DNA from: a virus
Length of the DNA: 64,000 bases
Direction: 5' to 3' (one strand)
Virus record (IMG/VR): IMGVR_UViG_3300030419_003589
Span: 1 to 64,000 of that record
Positions within the stretch are counted from its first letter, which is position 1. Every line of letters starts with the position of its first letter. The translations under genes were made by a program, and so were the position numbers. Below, in pieces: positions 28,201 to 38,205 of the stretch. The notes beneath the pieces were generated by a model. The model worked only from the letters and a program-made list of their open reading frames with translations, had not been told where the DNA came from and searched no databases.

Positions 28201-31200
28201 AGCGGGGATTATCAAACTTCTGACTGGACTGCGCTATCTGGTGGAATTGATATGGAAGTTACATTCCAAGGAAACCCCCTATATGGTAGATTGGCAGATG
28301 CCTTCGATAATATAGTTAGGGTCTCAGGTCAAGGTGGAGGAAAATACATTGACTTGTCACCTGACGATGGAATTATAGACACCTCTGGCGGCTTCTCTGT
28401 ATTCTTAAGATTCACGCCAGATGCTATTGTTTCTGGGGTAGGTTATGACCTGTTTAATTCCGGAGTCCTATTCTCCAAGTGGGAATTGGCCAATCATTTA
28501 GATTTTGCATTGGGTTATAAAGATGGATACTTGTGTGGGTATGCTAAAGATGACGCAGGCTCCCTTATAACCGTACAAGACGATGTTAAGTATAGCGGAT
28601 ATCAATACCCACTATCTGTAATACTTACTTATAATGACCATAATAGTAGCGGTCTTAAACTATATACTGACAATGAGGCATATGAAGGTAGCTGGACGAC
28701 ATTAAGAGCTAGCTCCGCCCCATTCCGAAAGGTTCACGTTCCTAATCATGGGGCAGATGAACCCTGCTTACAAGTTGGCTGGTCTAAAGGATCTGGTGTT
28801 GGCTTTAACATGCTAGTATCAGAGTTTGGCCTTTCTACTTATAGCTCCGGCATAGACACCATGTTTGGGTCTGGTACTAATATTGTACAAGTAAATCCTG
28901 ACCTTACCTATAAACAAGTTACAGCCCAGTCGTTCTTAGAGGGGCACAGATCTAAGTTCTTCCAGCCGGGAGAATCGCATACTCATGACAGCTATAAATT
29001 ACCAACCTATGTAGATGAAGATCCTCAAGACTGGTCTATTGGAGATTTCCGGTCTATGGCCTTTGGTCTTGGGTTCTCACGCTTAATGAAAAGAAGCGGT
29101 AGAGACTTAATCAACTTCCACCTGAGAGACAGTGGCATCCCCTATGAAAATAAGCTTACTATTCATCAGGAGACATGGCCTTCAACAGTAAGCAGTGGCG
29201 TTTGCTATCACACTCAGATAGAAAATGATTTCTTAAGATTCCATTTAAGTGACACATCCGACAACTTCCACTCTGTTCATAAGAGAATAACTAAAAGCTT
29301 GCCGATTGGCTACAACTTCAAAGAAAAGGCTTTGGTCGTTGAGACTGTACTTGAGCATAGGTTCAGTGGAGATATTCAATGGCCGGAATGTCGCCCCACA
29401 ACATTCCACCTGTGCTCAGAGCATAAACACTCACATCAAGATCACTACAGTGGCCCCAGACTTATTGTTAGCCTTTATACCAAGAAAAAAGAACCCTACT
29501 GGGTTCCAAATGAAGACAACTGGGGATTGGTAAATAGAGCGATACACTACGTACATCAAGCTAGTGGTATTATAAAATTTGATAGTAAGTTTGATTACCA
29601 CAATCTGATAGACGAGTCTGAAAAGTGGGCGTTGTTCCCAGCCGAACCAAGACTGACTGAATTTACCGAGAAGTACTACTCTCAAGACGTAGACGATATG
29701 TTCTTGCAGTACGATTTGGTTTACCCGTCTGGTGGACAGTTTGAGTCTAACATAGATGTTCATACCGCCCATGTAAGAATGGATGACGCACTCATCCAGT
29801 GTACACCTGATTCAGGTATTTTAAATTTAATATCTAGCGGTGCATATGTATCAGAAGTTCGTGATTTTAATCTTTTCACTGAGGGGTGGCAGCCTATAGA
29901 TAGTGGCGTACTTAACCTGAATACTCACGGCCCAGTATTAGTGCACGAATCTGGGTTTGAAATAAATATTAGCGGTGGTGACAGGAGAGATGCATACTTA
30001 CCATTCCGCACCGTCGCCGTTGCTGTTGCTAGTGGTGAACCTGAATTTAACTTACATACCGCCGGTTGCTGCAATGTGATCAGTGGGGCTTCTGGCACAT
30101 TTAATCTAGTTACAAACGGCTTAGGCCTATCTTCCGTACAAATGCCACTATCCGTCTCTAATGACGGGTTAGTACACACACCAAGTGGCGGTCAGCTCCC
30201 TCTGTACACCTACGCCCCATCTGGAAACAGCACTGGTTTCTTCCAGAAGTTGCAGCTAAGAATTGAGAACAATTTTGCTGGTGGAGCTGTTAGCTCTGGC
30301 ATTGAGATGCCAGTCTTTATATTGGGCTCTTCCCCATTAGTTGACAGATCTCCGGTTGTCACAATGCCTCTGGTTGTAGTTAATCAGCAATTTGTTTCTT
30401 CTGGATCTTTGAGCCTTGTCATTAAAGATGACGGCGTAACCAGTAGAGCAGATTCTTCTGGAGAGTCTGTTGATGCATCAGATCCTACAGCCACAGGTAG
30501 ACAAATTGGCGTAAATCTATACCTGCCGAACTACGGCGGTGTGGGCTCTACGTATCTAAGGTGGTTTAATCACAACTATGGAAGCGGAATAGAGCTAAGA
30601 GATAATGCTTTCGCTGCCATAGATGTTGGAAATGAGATAAGAGGTGTTGATCTAATTGGCTATGGAGCTTGCGACAGCGACAGCCCAAGAAAGGCCATTG
30701 ACCCAGCTATTGTCACCGATGAAACGACATGGAGACCAGAAACGTGTAATGAGGGCGGTATTTTTAGAGCCATTAACACCTACACCAATTCCGGGGCAAT
30801 AAACTTTGCCGGAGAAACCGGATACAGTGGTAATTACTACGGGTTTAGAAAATATACAGGATTAATTCCACACGCACCTTATTATGCAACTCTTAAAATA
30901 ACTACTGGTGATACAGACTCGATTAAAGTACCTAGAGATTTTGAAGAGTGGGAATATGGAATGTGTGGCCCAAATTGGAGAGGCGACCCAGCAGTAAGCG
31001 ATCAAGGCGACGGAGATTGCGACACCGACATCATATACTCTGGCGTTAAACTGATTGGTGATTATCCCTACATGAGTGGAGATTCATCAATAACGCCCAT
31101 TTCCGGAAGAAACATATCTGACACTTACGGTGAATCTGTAGCTGTTACCAATGATCTCATGGTTGTTAGCTCTCCGAAGATAGAGATTCCAGACGCTTCT

Positions 31201-34200
31201 GGCTATGCCATTCCAGACGCTGGAGCACTTTTCCTATATAGGAGAGAGGAAGATGTAGCTGGGGAAAAAGCCAAATGGACAATGCATGACAAGCTAATGC
31301 TCCCCTCTGGATTCAGACGTGATTATGTAGAAAAGGTTCATGAGAATCTTATGGTGTTTGACCAGTTTACTATTTCTGGAAGACAGTGGCAAATAGGTCA
31401 GGAAGGCAGACAGTTAGGAGCCTCTCTTGACGTAGCGACTAGCGGCGGGGGTGAAAGGGAAACCATTGTTGCTGGAGCACCTTTTGCAAAGTTTACCAGA
31501 AAGTTCCCACATATTGAAACGTCAGGTATTCCAACATGCATGATGGTATTTGTTGATAAATATAAATACTGGCCTGATGAGGTCCGAGAAATCATCAATG
31601 CAGGAAAGAGATGGGAGCATCTATATAAATATTGGTCTGCCCCTTGGAACGCCGGGACCGCCAATGAGTGGCAACCAAGTCTGGACGTAAAGGTTATAGT
31701 ATACCAACTGTCTAACCATGATGATAAAAAACCCGAAATCCCAGAGGAATTTGAGCACAGCTTCAAACATCACTATATTCCCAGAATGGATGACGAGGAG
31801 TTCTTGGAACTTACTGGTGTTAGAAATGCTTATAATGCCATGTACAGTGGCATCGTCGATGGGTTCAAGGAGATGTTCCCATATCCCACGACGACTGCAT
31901 TTAAGCCTCATAGTGGCATACCCCCAATTGTGGGCATATTTAAAGAAAATAGTCACAGCACATTCTTCGGCGGAGCCTTTCAGTTTGGCGGCATGAGCAA
32001 TGAGGATGTTGTAGATGACTTTATTGATTTCTATGAAGAATATAGCCATACGAGCGGAACAGCAAACCCAGAAGTTCCGGTGCCCGTATCTGGACATGTT
32101 AGAGTAGAGAAATACGCATCAGAAAAAATCGTATCGACTACTCGAACGCTTATAAATAACACGCTGGACTCTGGTTATCTGCTAACCACAAACTTCAAAA
32201 ATACGCCATATCCAGTTATGAGTGTTATCACTAGTGGTGTTGGTCAAAAATGGGCGAAGTCAAACGCCACAGAGTTCCAGATACCACCAGCCTCTGGCGG
32301 TAGGGTTTACATCTTTGAAAAAGAAAGTGGAGTATTTAATTGCGTTCAGTCAATTATACCTTATTCGTATAGAGACCATTGTTTCACAAGAGAGGACGGC
32401 GATCCTGACGGCGCATTCTGTGGTCCCAGTACCGAGCCTTTCCTCGGCTCTCTGGAATACAACGATAGATTCGGTCACTCTGTCGCTATAAGTAAGGATA
32501 CAAGCATCATTTCAGTAGGATCTCCTTGGACTTATGTTCCGTGTGAGATCTTTGAAAGACAAGACAAAGAAAACACCAGAATGTATAATCACGTCCGCGA
32601 CTGGCTTGTCTTTAGAAATCTTCAAATACCTTTGGCTAGATACGATGCATTAGCTTTGGAACATGGTACCGACTATGCTCAAAAACAGACCTATCACGAA
32701 CTTGATCCAACTAATAAGTTCTGGCTAAGAACAGATGGTAACTTCTGGGCAGACCCCGACGAAGATCCTGATAATCCGGGAGTTGGCGGCGGCCCGATTG
32801 AGTTGTACAAACCTATATATAACTATAAATATGCCGACATTGCCGGTACGGGAACTTGGAGCTTTATTCAGGGAGAATTCTGCGGAAGCTCCAGACTGGG
32901 CTATAGCACATCTGTAAGTGACGACGGAGATTCCGTTGCTTTTGGTGCCCCGACAGACTCAATGAACATGTTTGAAGATTCTAATGTTTGGTACAACTTA
33001 GATGGCACGAAGGGTAGCACTTGGGCTTCATATACTAACGCTGGAGCCGTTAGGATGTTTGAGTCAAAAGCATTTGTCCCTCATAGCTCAGTTGTTGAGT
33101 TCACTAGATTTGGAAACCTAGACAGATCTGTACATGTCGAACAGCGAGAAGCTGGCTACTACGATAGAATGGACGTTTATTTCAAACCTAAAAATCTTCC
33201 ATTCAAGAGAACTGAATTTTCAGACTTAGAAATACCTACAGATGCTGGACTCGCATTTATCATTACTCCAGAGATAGACGCTGCTAGCGACGAAATAATC
33301 GCAAATATAAAGAACTGGCTCGCCTTGGGAGACAGAACGCTCGTACTCGTAGGGAACGACCCCCTCTGGGAGGAAGATGGATTATATAGACAATCCAATG
33401 ATATATTAAATAAAGTACTGAAAAAACTTGGCTCCAGAATGAGGATCGAGGCTGCTGATACTGAGTACGAAGCGTTAGTTGGAGCTGGCAATCGTTTTCA
33501 GGAAGCGGACGGGTGTGTAAGTGAAGCGGACGTGTCCGCAGACAGGTATAATGTTACAAAATCAAAAGTTCCCCGAAATTCGCATATCGACTTCTACCCG
33601 TCCCCAGTTGTTCCGGGCAAAATGTTCGCCAAGGGCGTGGGAAAGATTGTTCAAGATCTATCCGACGTAGGTCTTACCGACTACTTTGTGCAATCCCCTT
33701 GTGACGAGTTAAATGAAGAGGTTTGTAACTTGCCACTCAAGGATCGGGGCGATATTAGAGCAGAGTGGTTTGCGCAGACTGTATCGGGGCCGAAATGTGA
33801 CGGCACAGTTAAGTACTGGCATAATTGGCCCTTCCACTATGCTAATAAGAACCAAGCCCAACAGTTTGGTTGTTTTTACCCAGAATCACCAAAGCCTCTA
33901 ATAAACAGGCCTCACGAAGACATCGTTCCCATTCTTACAGCAGCGGAATGGGTTGATTTCTGCTGGTATCGACCAGAGAAGAAAATTTGTAGAAAAGTTA
34001 ATGACTGTCATTTTGAAGAGTACACAATTCCAACTGGTTATAATGTCTGTCACTTTGAGCCGAACCAATTAGAGCGGATAGCTTTCTCCGCCTCCGGAAA
34101 TAACCTGAATAACATTATAGGTGAGAGTCTGCATGACTGGCGCATGGAACTTATTCCGGATGGATGGGACAAAGATGCAGGATTTATAGATCCTGAACCT

Positions 34201-37200
34201 GCTCAAGGAAGAGACTGCATATTGCAAGGTGTAGCAAACGTGGTTGAAGAAGTAACCATTGAACAGGAAGAAAAAGTACTATACGACAAATGTCCGATAC
34301 TTGTTGAAGAACCTTACTACTATAAAGACGCTGATGGCAACAAGATAGATGCGAACAACAGGGTGCTCATACTTGCCCATATGAATGGCGAAAGCGAAAG
34401 AGGCTTTACTGACACTCATGGTCCGAACAACCGGGGTGGAAATGACGATCAAAACATAATCTTCTACACAAACTTAGCAAAGAAAGATTGCCAGTCCCCC
34501 GGAGATATAGTACAGCTCGGCGGATGGACCGAGAGAACGTCCTTTGAAGAAGCCTATGAGTATTCAATTCTATCAAGGAAGTTATCATCTTTTGGTTTTA
34601 ACGTGACGGAGAATGCCGTTTATGGAGCAGGGGATGATATTGATGCAACGAAAGTAGTTGACACAGTTTGGGTAGCTAATCCGTACGGTTTACCAACCGA
34701 CACAGATATTGAAGTTCTAAAGAGATGGTTAAAAAATGGCAACAAAAAACTGATTGTTACCTATAATGGGGCATCTCAATTTGACGATCAAAGATTAGCA
34801 GCAAATGTCGCAACGCTTCTTGAAAAACTTGGCCTAGAAAGTAGACCTTGGAGCCTGCCATGTAAGGGAGACTATTTCCGCTATGTGCACCCCGGCTGGC
34901 AACATCCCGACCCCAACGATAGAGATATACACGTTATTAGGGGGTCGAATCTAGAGAAATGTTGTCCATATGATCCATATTACCAGAAAATAGACGCAAC
35001 GTCCGATATTTTTGACGGTTGCAAGACTGGGTATGGGTGGAACAGCAATTACAACGAGCAACACATGACACAGTGTGAGAAGGTCTCGTTTAAAGCTGAA
35101 CAACCTTCAGACTGGTCATTTGAAGGCGGTAATAATGATAAAGGCTGGTATGATTTTATTCCAATATCCGGAGGAAAGAATGCCAAGGAGCTATTGTGGT
35201 ATAACACCCCTGTGCTAGATGAATGCCCAGTGGTTGACGAGAAGCAGTACTGGTTCATGAATGGTTTAGCCAGTGGTGTATTTGATGTCGAACCGGGATC
35301 TGGTTATAGAATATTTATAGATTGGGTTTCTGAAAATAAAAACGAAATTCGTCCCATAGGCTGCAATATTGAACACGCAGCATCGCTAGGTGTAACTAGA
35401 GAAGAAGATGGAGCGGCAAATTGCCCCTGTTTCTGTAAGGTATGTCAGGACGAAAAACCTTGTGATTGCCACGATACGTCAAAAGAAATTCTTAATGACC
35501 TTCGACAGAACAAAGACACTGACGATTTCTTCACATGTACAACATGGACTCCATTCCGCACGCTCAAAGATAAAATCAGAGAATGGCCTTTGGGCGCAAC
35601 AGAAGTTGGGTTCCCACACCAAGCTTATGCTGATGTTAGGGCGGATAGCACTGGTAAGATCGCAATTGTATTTAATAGCCAGAAATTTAATTCGTCGAAC
35701 CAGCTAAAAGCACATGTTGAAGAGTACGGAGGTTTCCCAAAGACCCCTAGAATTGTATCTATCTCAGGCTGCCCTCTTCCGATATACACAGAAGAAGTGA
35801 ATGAGGAGATTAAGAAATATAGAAGGGTATGCGTTCAGAGAGAAGAATGTGAAATTATTCCCGAGGACAAGGGATGCATAGACGTATTTAGACCTATTAA
35901 ACACCTTAGTGAAGAATATTGCAACGTAGAAGCCCCACCGTGCGAGGAAGATGACGGCAACAACGATGGAGACGGCATGGGCGGAATGGACCCACCTGAA
36001 CAGGACGATCCAAAATGCTGTCCTCCAAGGGGTGAGACTTACATTGAAGACGGTCCAATCATAGCAGCCGAAGAGTTTGAACACTTCACCGCAGGATTAA
36101 ATGGATACCAAAGGTCGAAGATCATAGTGATTACAGACTCTACTTTGGTACAAGGCCAGTGCGAGCACTATAGAAACGATTCCGTTGGCGAGAATCAGAA
36201 TTTTCTTAGGAGTTTGTATCCAATTAGCCCCCATAAGAGAACTGGAGAAGAGTTAGGATTTAATTGGGATGTAGTATCTAGCGATAGGCAGTTCCAATTC
36301 GCTCAAAAGCTTCGCGCCCCAGAAAGAGGTAGCCCATCTAAATATAGAGTAGCCAGTGGAATACCAAAGACTGTATTTCCATACTTCGGACTTGATGCAC
36401 TGGTGGGAAGTAAATGTAGCGTAGAGCATTATATAGATAATGAGGATACATACCATCCAGCCGAGCAACTAAATCGTCCGATGGAACCGCTGCAACTTGG
36501 TGAGGAGATAAAGAAGTTTGGACGGGACGTTGCAACTGCCGAGTGGCATCAATTCCCTAAATTTAGCGGTGATTTCTTGGGGTGGGGAACGTATGACTTA
36601 GGTAGTCACAAACAGGACTTCTTAAAGGATGCTTCCCCCGGAGGAGGTATAAATGAACTGATGAAGGTATCTGATGGTACCGATTTCTTAGATCTTGATT
36701 ATTATACCTCTGGATGTCCGGGTGATCTATTTGGATGGTCAGTTGACTTAACAAACAATAAGTTAATAGTAGGTACCCCATTCAATGGTTTTGTCACAGA
36801 GAATGCTGCGAGCGGCATTAGTGGTATAGTACAGTGGCATGAAATTAAGAACGATCCCGGCCCACACAGGTCTGGCCTAAATTTAAGTCAAGAGGGCGGA
36901 GCTGGAGCCGCATTCTACTTTGAGAGGACTACTAGCGGATCAAATGTTGTTAGTGAAAATCTACCTTGGGAATTTAAACAGAAGATTAAACCTAGCAGTG
37001 TCAATGTCGGGCTTGACGGAGCTACCATAGCTTCCCTAACGACCGTTAAGGGTGATCATGATCTTGATGCCGACTTCTCCCTTACTCACGGCGGTAGAAC
37101 AGACAAGTTTGGATACTCTGTAGCAATTGATGCTGACATGGTTGCGATAGGCGCTCCTCATCACGACTACGAGACTCTCCATGAGCATATTTATAGCGGG

Positions 37201-38205
37201 GCCGTTGTCACCAACGACCTGAATACTGCGTTCCAAAGAAAGAGCTTTAGTGCCGAATTTGACATACCCTCACATAGATTTTATGACTTAGGAAGTTCTG
37301 GAGTAAGAGTTGATTACTTTGACACTGATAGTGGGGTCATGGTTTTGAATCACGGAGCTGTTTACAACTATAGACATAGCATAGTAGACTGGCAGGAAAG
37401 AACTAAAGAGTGGATCTTTGGAGAAAAGCTGGTTTCACATGGTCATCACGCTAGATCGGGAAGTTACTATGTCGGATCTAACCTGACCGCTAGCGGATGT
37501 GAAAACGATTCGTTTGGTCGTTCTGTTTCATTATTTAGATCAGAAAGAGGGGATAGCGATTACACCTTGGCTGTTGGCTCTCCATTCCATGATCATCCTA
37601 CAAGCGGAAACCATATAACAAGCGGAGTAACGGACGCCGGAGCAGCATATTTATATGACGCAATGTTAAGAGAGCAAATTCCAGCTCTACCTAACTCTGG
37701 AAGCTGGATTGATGTTAAAATATTTGGAGCAAGAACAGCAGATGGAATGAATATGTTAACGAATAGGGTTTACCAAAACACTGATGGTGAACCAATAACA
37801 TATCTCACATCAGGCTATGTTTACGCTAATCCACATGGAGACTTGTATATAGAAGCTTCTGGCTTTGACCCCTCTATCAAGGGGTTTGTAGCCCACAGAC
37901 CATTTGTAGAGTCTGTTATAGGAGACTTCGTTGGCGGAGAAGGTGTTACCGGCTCCTTGAACCTCATTACATCTGGAAAACCAGTAGATGTGAACGCATC
38001 TATGAACGTGATGTTATCTGGCGCTCCGTCCGCTAATGTGTATAATAATATGAACTTAAGGACTTTTGGCGTGTCTGGTTCCCCAAGCGGAGACATGGTA
38101 CTCTTTACTTTAGCTCCAAGTGGTGCTTCTAGTGGAACCCTCAATTTGAACGTAACTAGCACCCAAACTACGGAAAACCTAAATTTAAGACTTAGGGGTA
38201 AATAA
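25225..38205 (+). CDS. Giant virion / tail-tip adhesin (4326 aa) with a LamG-like domain, seven FG-GAP-like repeats and GATase-like inserts
   Basis: LamG-like region about 28300-28830 (FSVFLRFTPD..VLFSKW..LSVILTYND..LKLYTDN); FG-GAP blades such as FGHSVAISKD, FGWSVDL..IVGTPF and FGYSVAID..AIGAPHHD; directly after the TMP. Confidence 0.75.
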   Translation: MSKPHVKNLQCLCVKDASAKSVSAAGGVFKAKIRGISNFRSSKSYGYGKISSIKTISNKEFRYRVKPPAGTQLAIDSEGPTYRIYVIPNQEWEITPPRTGDSVTLKDSLNNSYTYTVQKYHGVYTESNGVKVSALDIDGYLGSPKPEDICGSEVGYTCIGTLDYTVHSNPIANWCRGLNSTLSNQGFIHKSKLSGGVYFRNFEGLSGIGVIHSGVLTAQYSLREKLEKEAHLNPTFLDKLAGNFNEFGCSQKLYPNKDLALDSGRDRFTGPSRESGNLYTFIDDGVIIGNDYHKHLGQGSVVSDDSGTWITPSSIHTEGLFQYKSEVTNFHIRPDDTRFRMRASAPMNNYESKIAPLYTIENITFSDPSGNVMIRYESMDILGDVDYSNPKTFVNYATYSFKPVSNTFDEYDWQRRTEPYTHNITGYQLSFDVRVTPRDDAFDTGFSDGFEEDYVLHDTYHHGDDYLALDGSPLSTQDQTLINPTKGLRISAVEICNSGGNWLSTSTGPRREDYFQLFLDVPANGRRLEKKILPSFFALADTHNSGIFPAVSSIWYHKNKPMWDASASLLGNNLDTCGSEQIVKALQTETTLDYAELHSTGPHFDSGKMIMKFGYGHGAISEIQQGAFGCAFDQSTCSGWYHPSGAFNSEIKNPAGFDNNYLVVESITLKVKAKKATDSRDYVLDVVGWSDDKLLNVTKAPSGFLQEPARIHVNSDVITSEGVHPSISGYWDNDDDLALSTRSLSEKEKYLETSGNLGGDHYSLTRYPVVTTTEFADYEIPLKIYQDDVEVGLSRNYNVSAMLEHLYLDIYPLPSGAAIASAHLLVRYAPQVALQLGVQGGECYNTITDERSEGKLFPTTRQSNDAILNAGSGYGPISTISNIPHTYSTPSSIRTNYARRWKGANGVSRGPFDPDMFSFGFENPHVDSPFISGHYTFDHIAGSHFKPRDMGFGDNGIDVNLFGAVSEASDTHKNVGWRFASGNLFTNELPGYSGDYQTSDWTALSGGIDMEVTFQGNPLYGRLADAFDNIVRVSGQGGGKYIDLSPDDGIIDTSGGFSVFLRFTPDAIVSGVGYDLFNSGVLFSKWELANHLDFALGYKDGYLCGYAKDDAGSLITVQDDVKYSGYQYPLSVILTYNDHNSSGLKLYTDNEAYEGSWTTLRASSAPFRKVHVPNHGADEPCLQVGWSKGSGVGFNMLVSEFGLSTYSSGIDTMFGSGTNIVQVNPDLTYKQVTAQSFLEGHRSKFFQPGESHTHDSYKLPTYVDEDPQDWSIGDFRSMAFGLGFSRLMKRSGRDLINFHLRDSGIPYENKLTIHQETWPSTVSSGVCYHTQIENDFLRFHLSDTSDNFHSVHKRITKSLPIGYNFKEKALVVETVLEHRFSGDIQWPECRPTTFHLCSEHKHSHQDHYSGPRLIVSLYTKKKEPYWVPNEDNWGLVNRAIHYVHQASGIIKFDSKFDYHNLIDESEKWALFPAEPRLTEFTEKYYSQDVDDMFLQYDLVYPSGGQFESNIDVHTAHVRMDDALIQCTPDSGILNLISSGAYVSEVRDFNLFTEGWQPIDSGVLNLNTHGPVLVHESGFEINISGGDRRDAYLPFRTVAVAVASGEPEFNLHTAGCCNVISGASGTFNLVTNGLGLSSVQMPLSVSNDGLVHTPSGGQLPLYTYAPSGNSTGFFQKLQLRIENNFAGGAVSSGIEMPVFILGSSPLVDRSPVVTMPLVVVNQQFVSSGSLSLVIKDDGVTSRADSSGESVDASDPTATGRQIGVNLYLPNYGGVGSTYLRWFNHNYGSGIELRDNAFAAIDVGNEIRGVDLIGYGACDSDSPRKAIDPAIVTDETTWRPETCNEGGIFRAINTYTNSGAINFAGETGYSGNYYGFRKYTGLIPHAPYYATLKITTGDTDSIKVPRDFEEWEYGMCGPNWRGDPAVSDQGDGDCDTDIIYSGVKLIGDYPYMSGDSSITPISGRNISDTYGESVAVTNDLMVVSSPKIEIPDASGYAIPDAGALFLYRREEDVAGEKAKWTMHDKLMLPSGFRRDYVEKVHENLMVFDQFTISGRQWQIGQEGRQLGASLDVATSGGGERETIVAGAPFAKFTRKFPHIETSGIPTCMMVFVDKYKYWPDEVREIINAGKRWEHLYKYWSAPWNAGTANEWQPSLDVKVIVYQLSNHDDKKPEIPEEFEHSFKHHYIPRMDDEEFLELTGVRNAYNAMYSGIVDGFKEMFPYPTTTAFKPHSGIPPIVGIFKENSHSTFFGGAFQFGGMSNEDVVDDFIDFYEEYSHTSGTANPEVPVPVSGHVRVEKYASEKIVSTTRTLINNTLDSGYLLTTNFKNTPYPVMSVITSGVGQKWAKSNATEFQIPPASGGRVYIFEKESGVFNCVQSIIPYSYRDHCFTREDGDPDGAFCGPSTEPFLGSLEYNDRFGHSVAISKDTSIISVGSPWTYVPCEIFERQDKENTRMYNHVRDWLVFRNLQIPLARYDALALEHGTDYAQKQTYHELDPTNKFWLRTDGNFWADPDEDPDNPGVGGGPIELYKPIYNYKYADIAGTGTWSFIQGEFCGSSRLGYSTSVSDDGDSVAFGAPTDSMNMFEDSNVWYNLDGTKGSTWASYTNAGAVRMFESKAFVPHSSVVEFTRFGNLDRSVHVEQREAGYYDRMDVYFKPKNLPFKRTEFSDLEIPTDAGLAFIITPEIDAASDEIIANIKNWLALGDRTLVLVGNDPLWEEDGLYRQSNDILNKVLKKLGSRMRIEAADTEYEALVGAGNRFQEADGCVSEADVSADRYNVTKSKVPRNSHIDFYPSPVVPGKMFAKGVGKIVQDLSDVGLTDYFVQSPCDELNEEVCNLPLKDRGDIRAEWFAQTVSGPKCDGTVKYWHNWPFHYANKNQAQQFGCFYPESPKPLINRPHEDIVPILTAAEWVDFCWYRPEKKICRKVNDCHFEEYTIPTGYNVCHFEPNQLERIAFSASGNNLNNIIGESLHDWRMELIPDGWDKDAGFIDPEPAQGRDCILQGVANVVEEVTIEQEEKVLYDKCPILVEEPYYYKDADGNKIDANNRVLILAHMNGESERGFTDTHGPNNRGGNDDQNIIFYTNLAKKDCQSPGDIVQLGGWTERTSFEEAYEYSILSRKLSSFGFNVTENAVYGAGDDIDATKVVDTVWVANPYGLPTDTDIEVLKRWLKNGNKKLIVTYNGASQFDDQRLAANVATLLEKLGLESRPWSLPCKGDYFRYVHPGWQHPDPNDRDIHVIRGSNLEKCCPYDPYYQKIDATSDIFDGCKTGYGWNSNYNEQHMTQCEKVSFKAEQPSDWSFEGGNNDKGWYDFIPISGGKNAKELLWYNTPVLDECPVVDEKQYWFMNGLASGVFDVEPGSGYRIFIDWVSENKNEIRPIGCNIEHAASLGVTREEDGAANCPCFCKVCQDEKPCDCHDTSKEILNDLRQNKDTDDFFTCTTWTPFRTLKDKIREWPLGATEVGFPHQAYADVRADSTGKIAIVFNSQKFNSSNQLKAHVEEYGGFPKTPRIVSISGCPLPIYTEEVNEEIKKYRRVCVQREECEIIPEDKGCIDVFRPIKHLSEEYCNVEAPPCEEDDGNNDGDGMGGMDPPEQDDPKCCPPRGETYIEDGPIIAAEEFEHFTAGLNGYQRSKIIVITDSTLVQGQCEHYRNDSVGENQNFLRSLYPISPHKRTGEELGFNWDVVSSDRQFQFAQKLRAPERGSPSKYRVASGIPKTVFPYFGLDALVGSKCSVEHYIDNEDTYHPAEQLNRPMEPLQLGEEIKKFGRDVATAEWHQFPKFSGDFLGWGTYDLGSHKQDFLKDASPGGGINELMKVSDGTDFLDLDYYTSGCPGDLFGWSVDLTNNKLIVGTPFNGFVTENAASGISGIVQWHEIKNDPGPHRSGLNLSQEGGAGAAFYFERTTSGSNVVSENLPWEFKQKIKPSSVNVGLDGATIASLTTVKGDHDLDADFSLTHGGRTDKFGYSVAIDADMVAIGAPHHDYETLHEHIYSGAVVTNDLNTAFQRKSFSAEFDIPSHRFYDLGSSGVRVDYFDTDSGVMVLNHGAVYNYRHSIVDWQERTKEWIFGEKLVSHGHHARSGSYYVGSNLTASGCENDSFGRSVSLFRSERGDSDYTLAVGSPFHDHPTSGNHITSGVTDAGAAYLYDAMLREQIPALPNSGSWIDVKIFGARTADGMNMLTNRVYQNTDGEPITYLTSGYVYANPHGDLYIEASGFDPSIKGFVAHRPFVESVIGDFVGGEGVTGSLNLITSGKPVDVNASMNVMLSGAPSANVYNNMNLRTFGVSGSPSGDMVLFTLAPSGASSGTLNLNVTSTQTTENLNLRLRGK

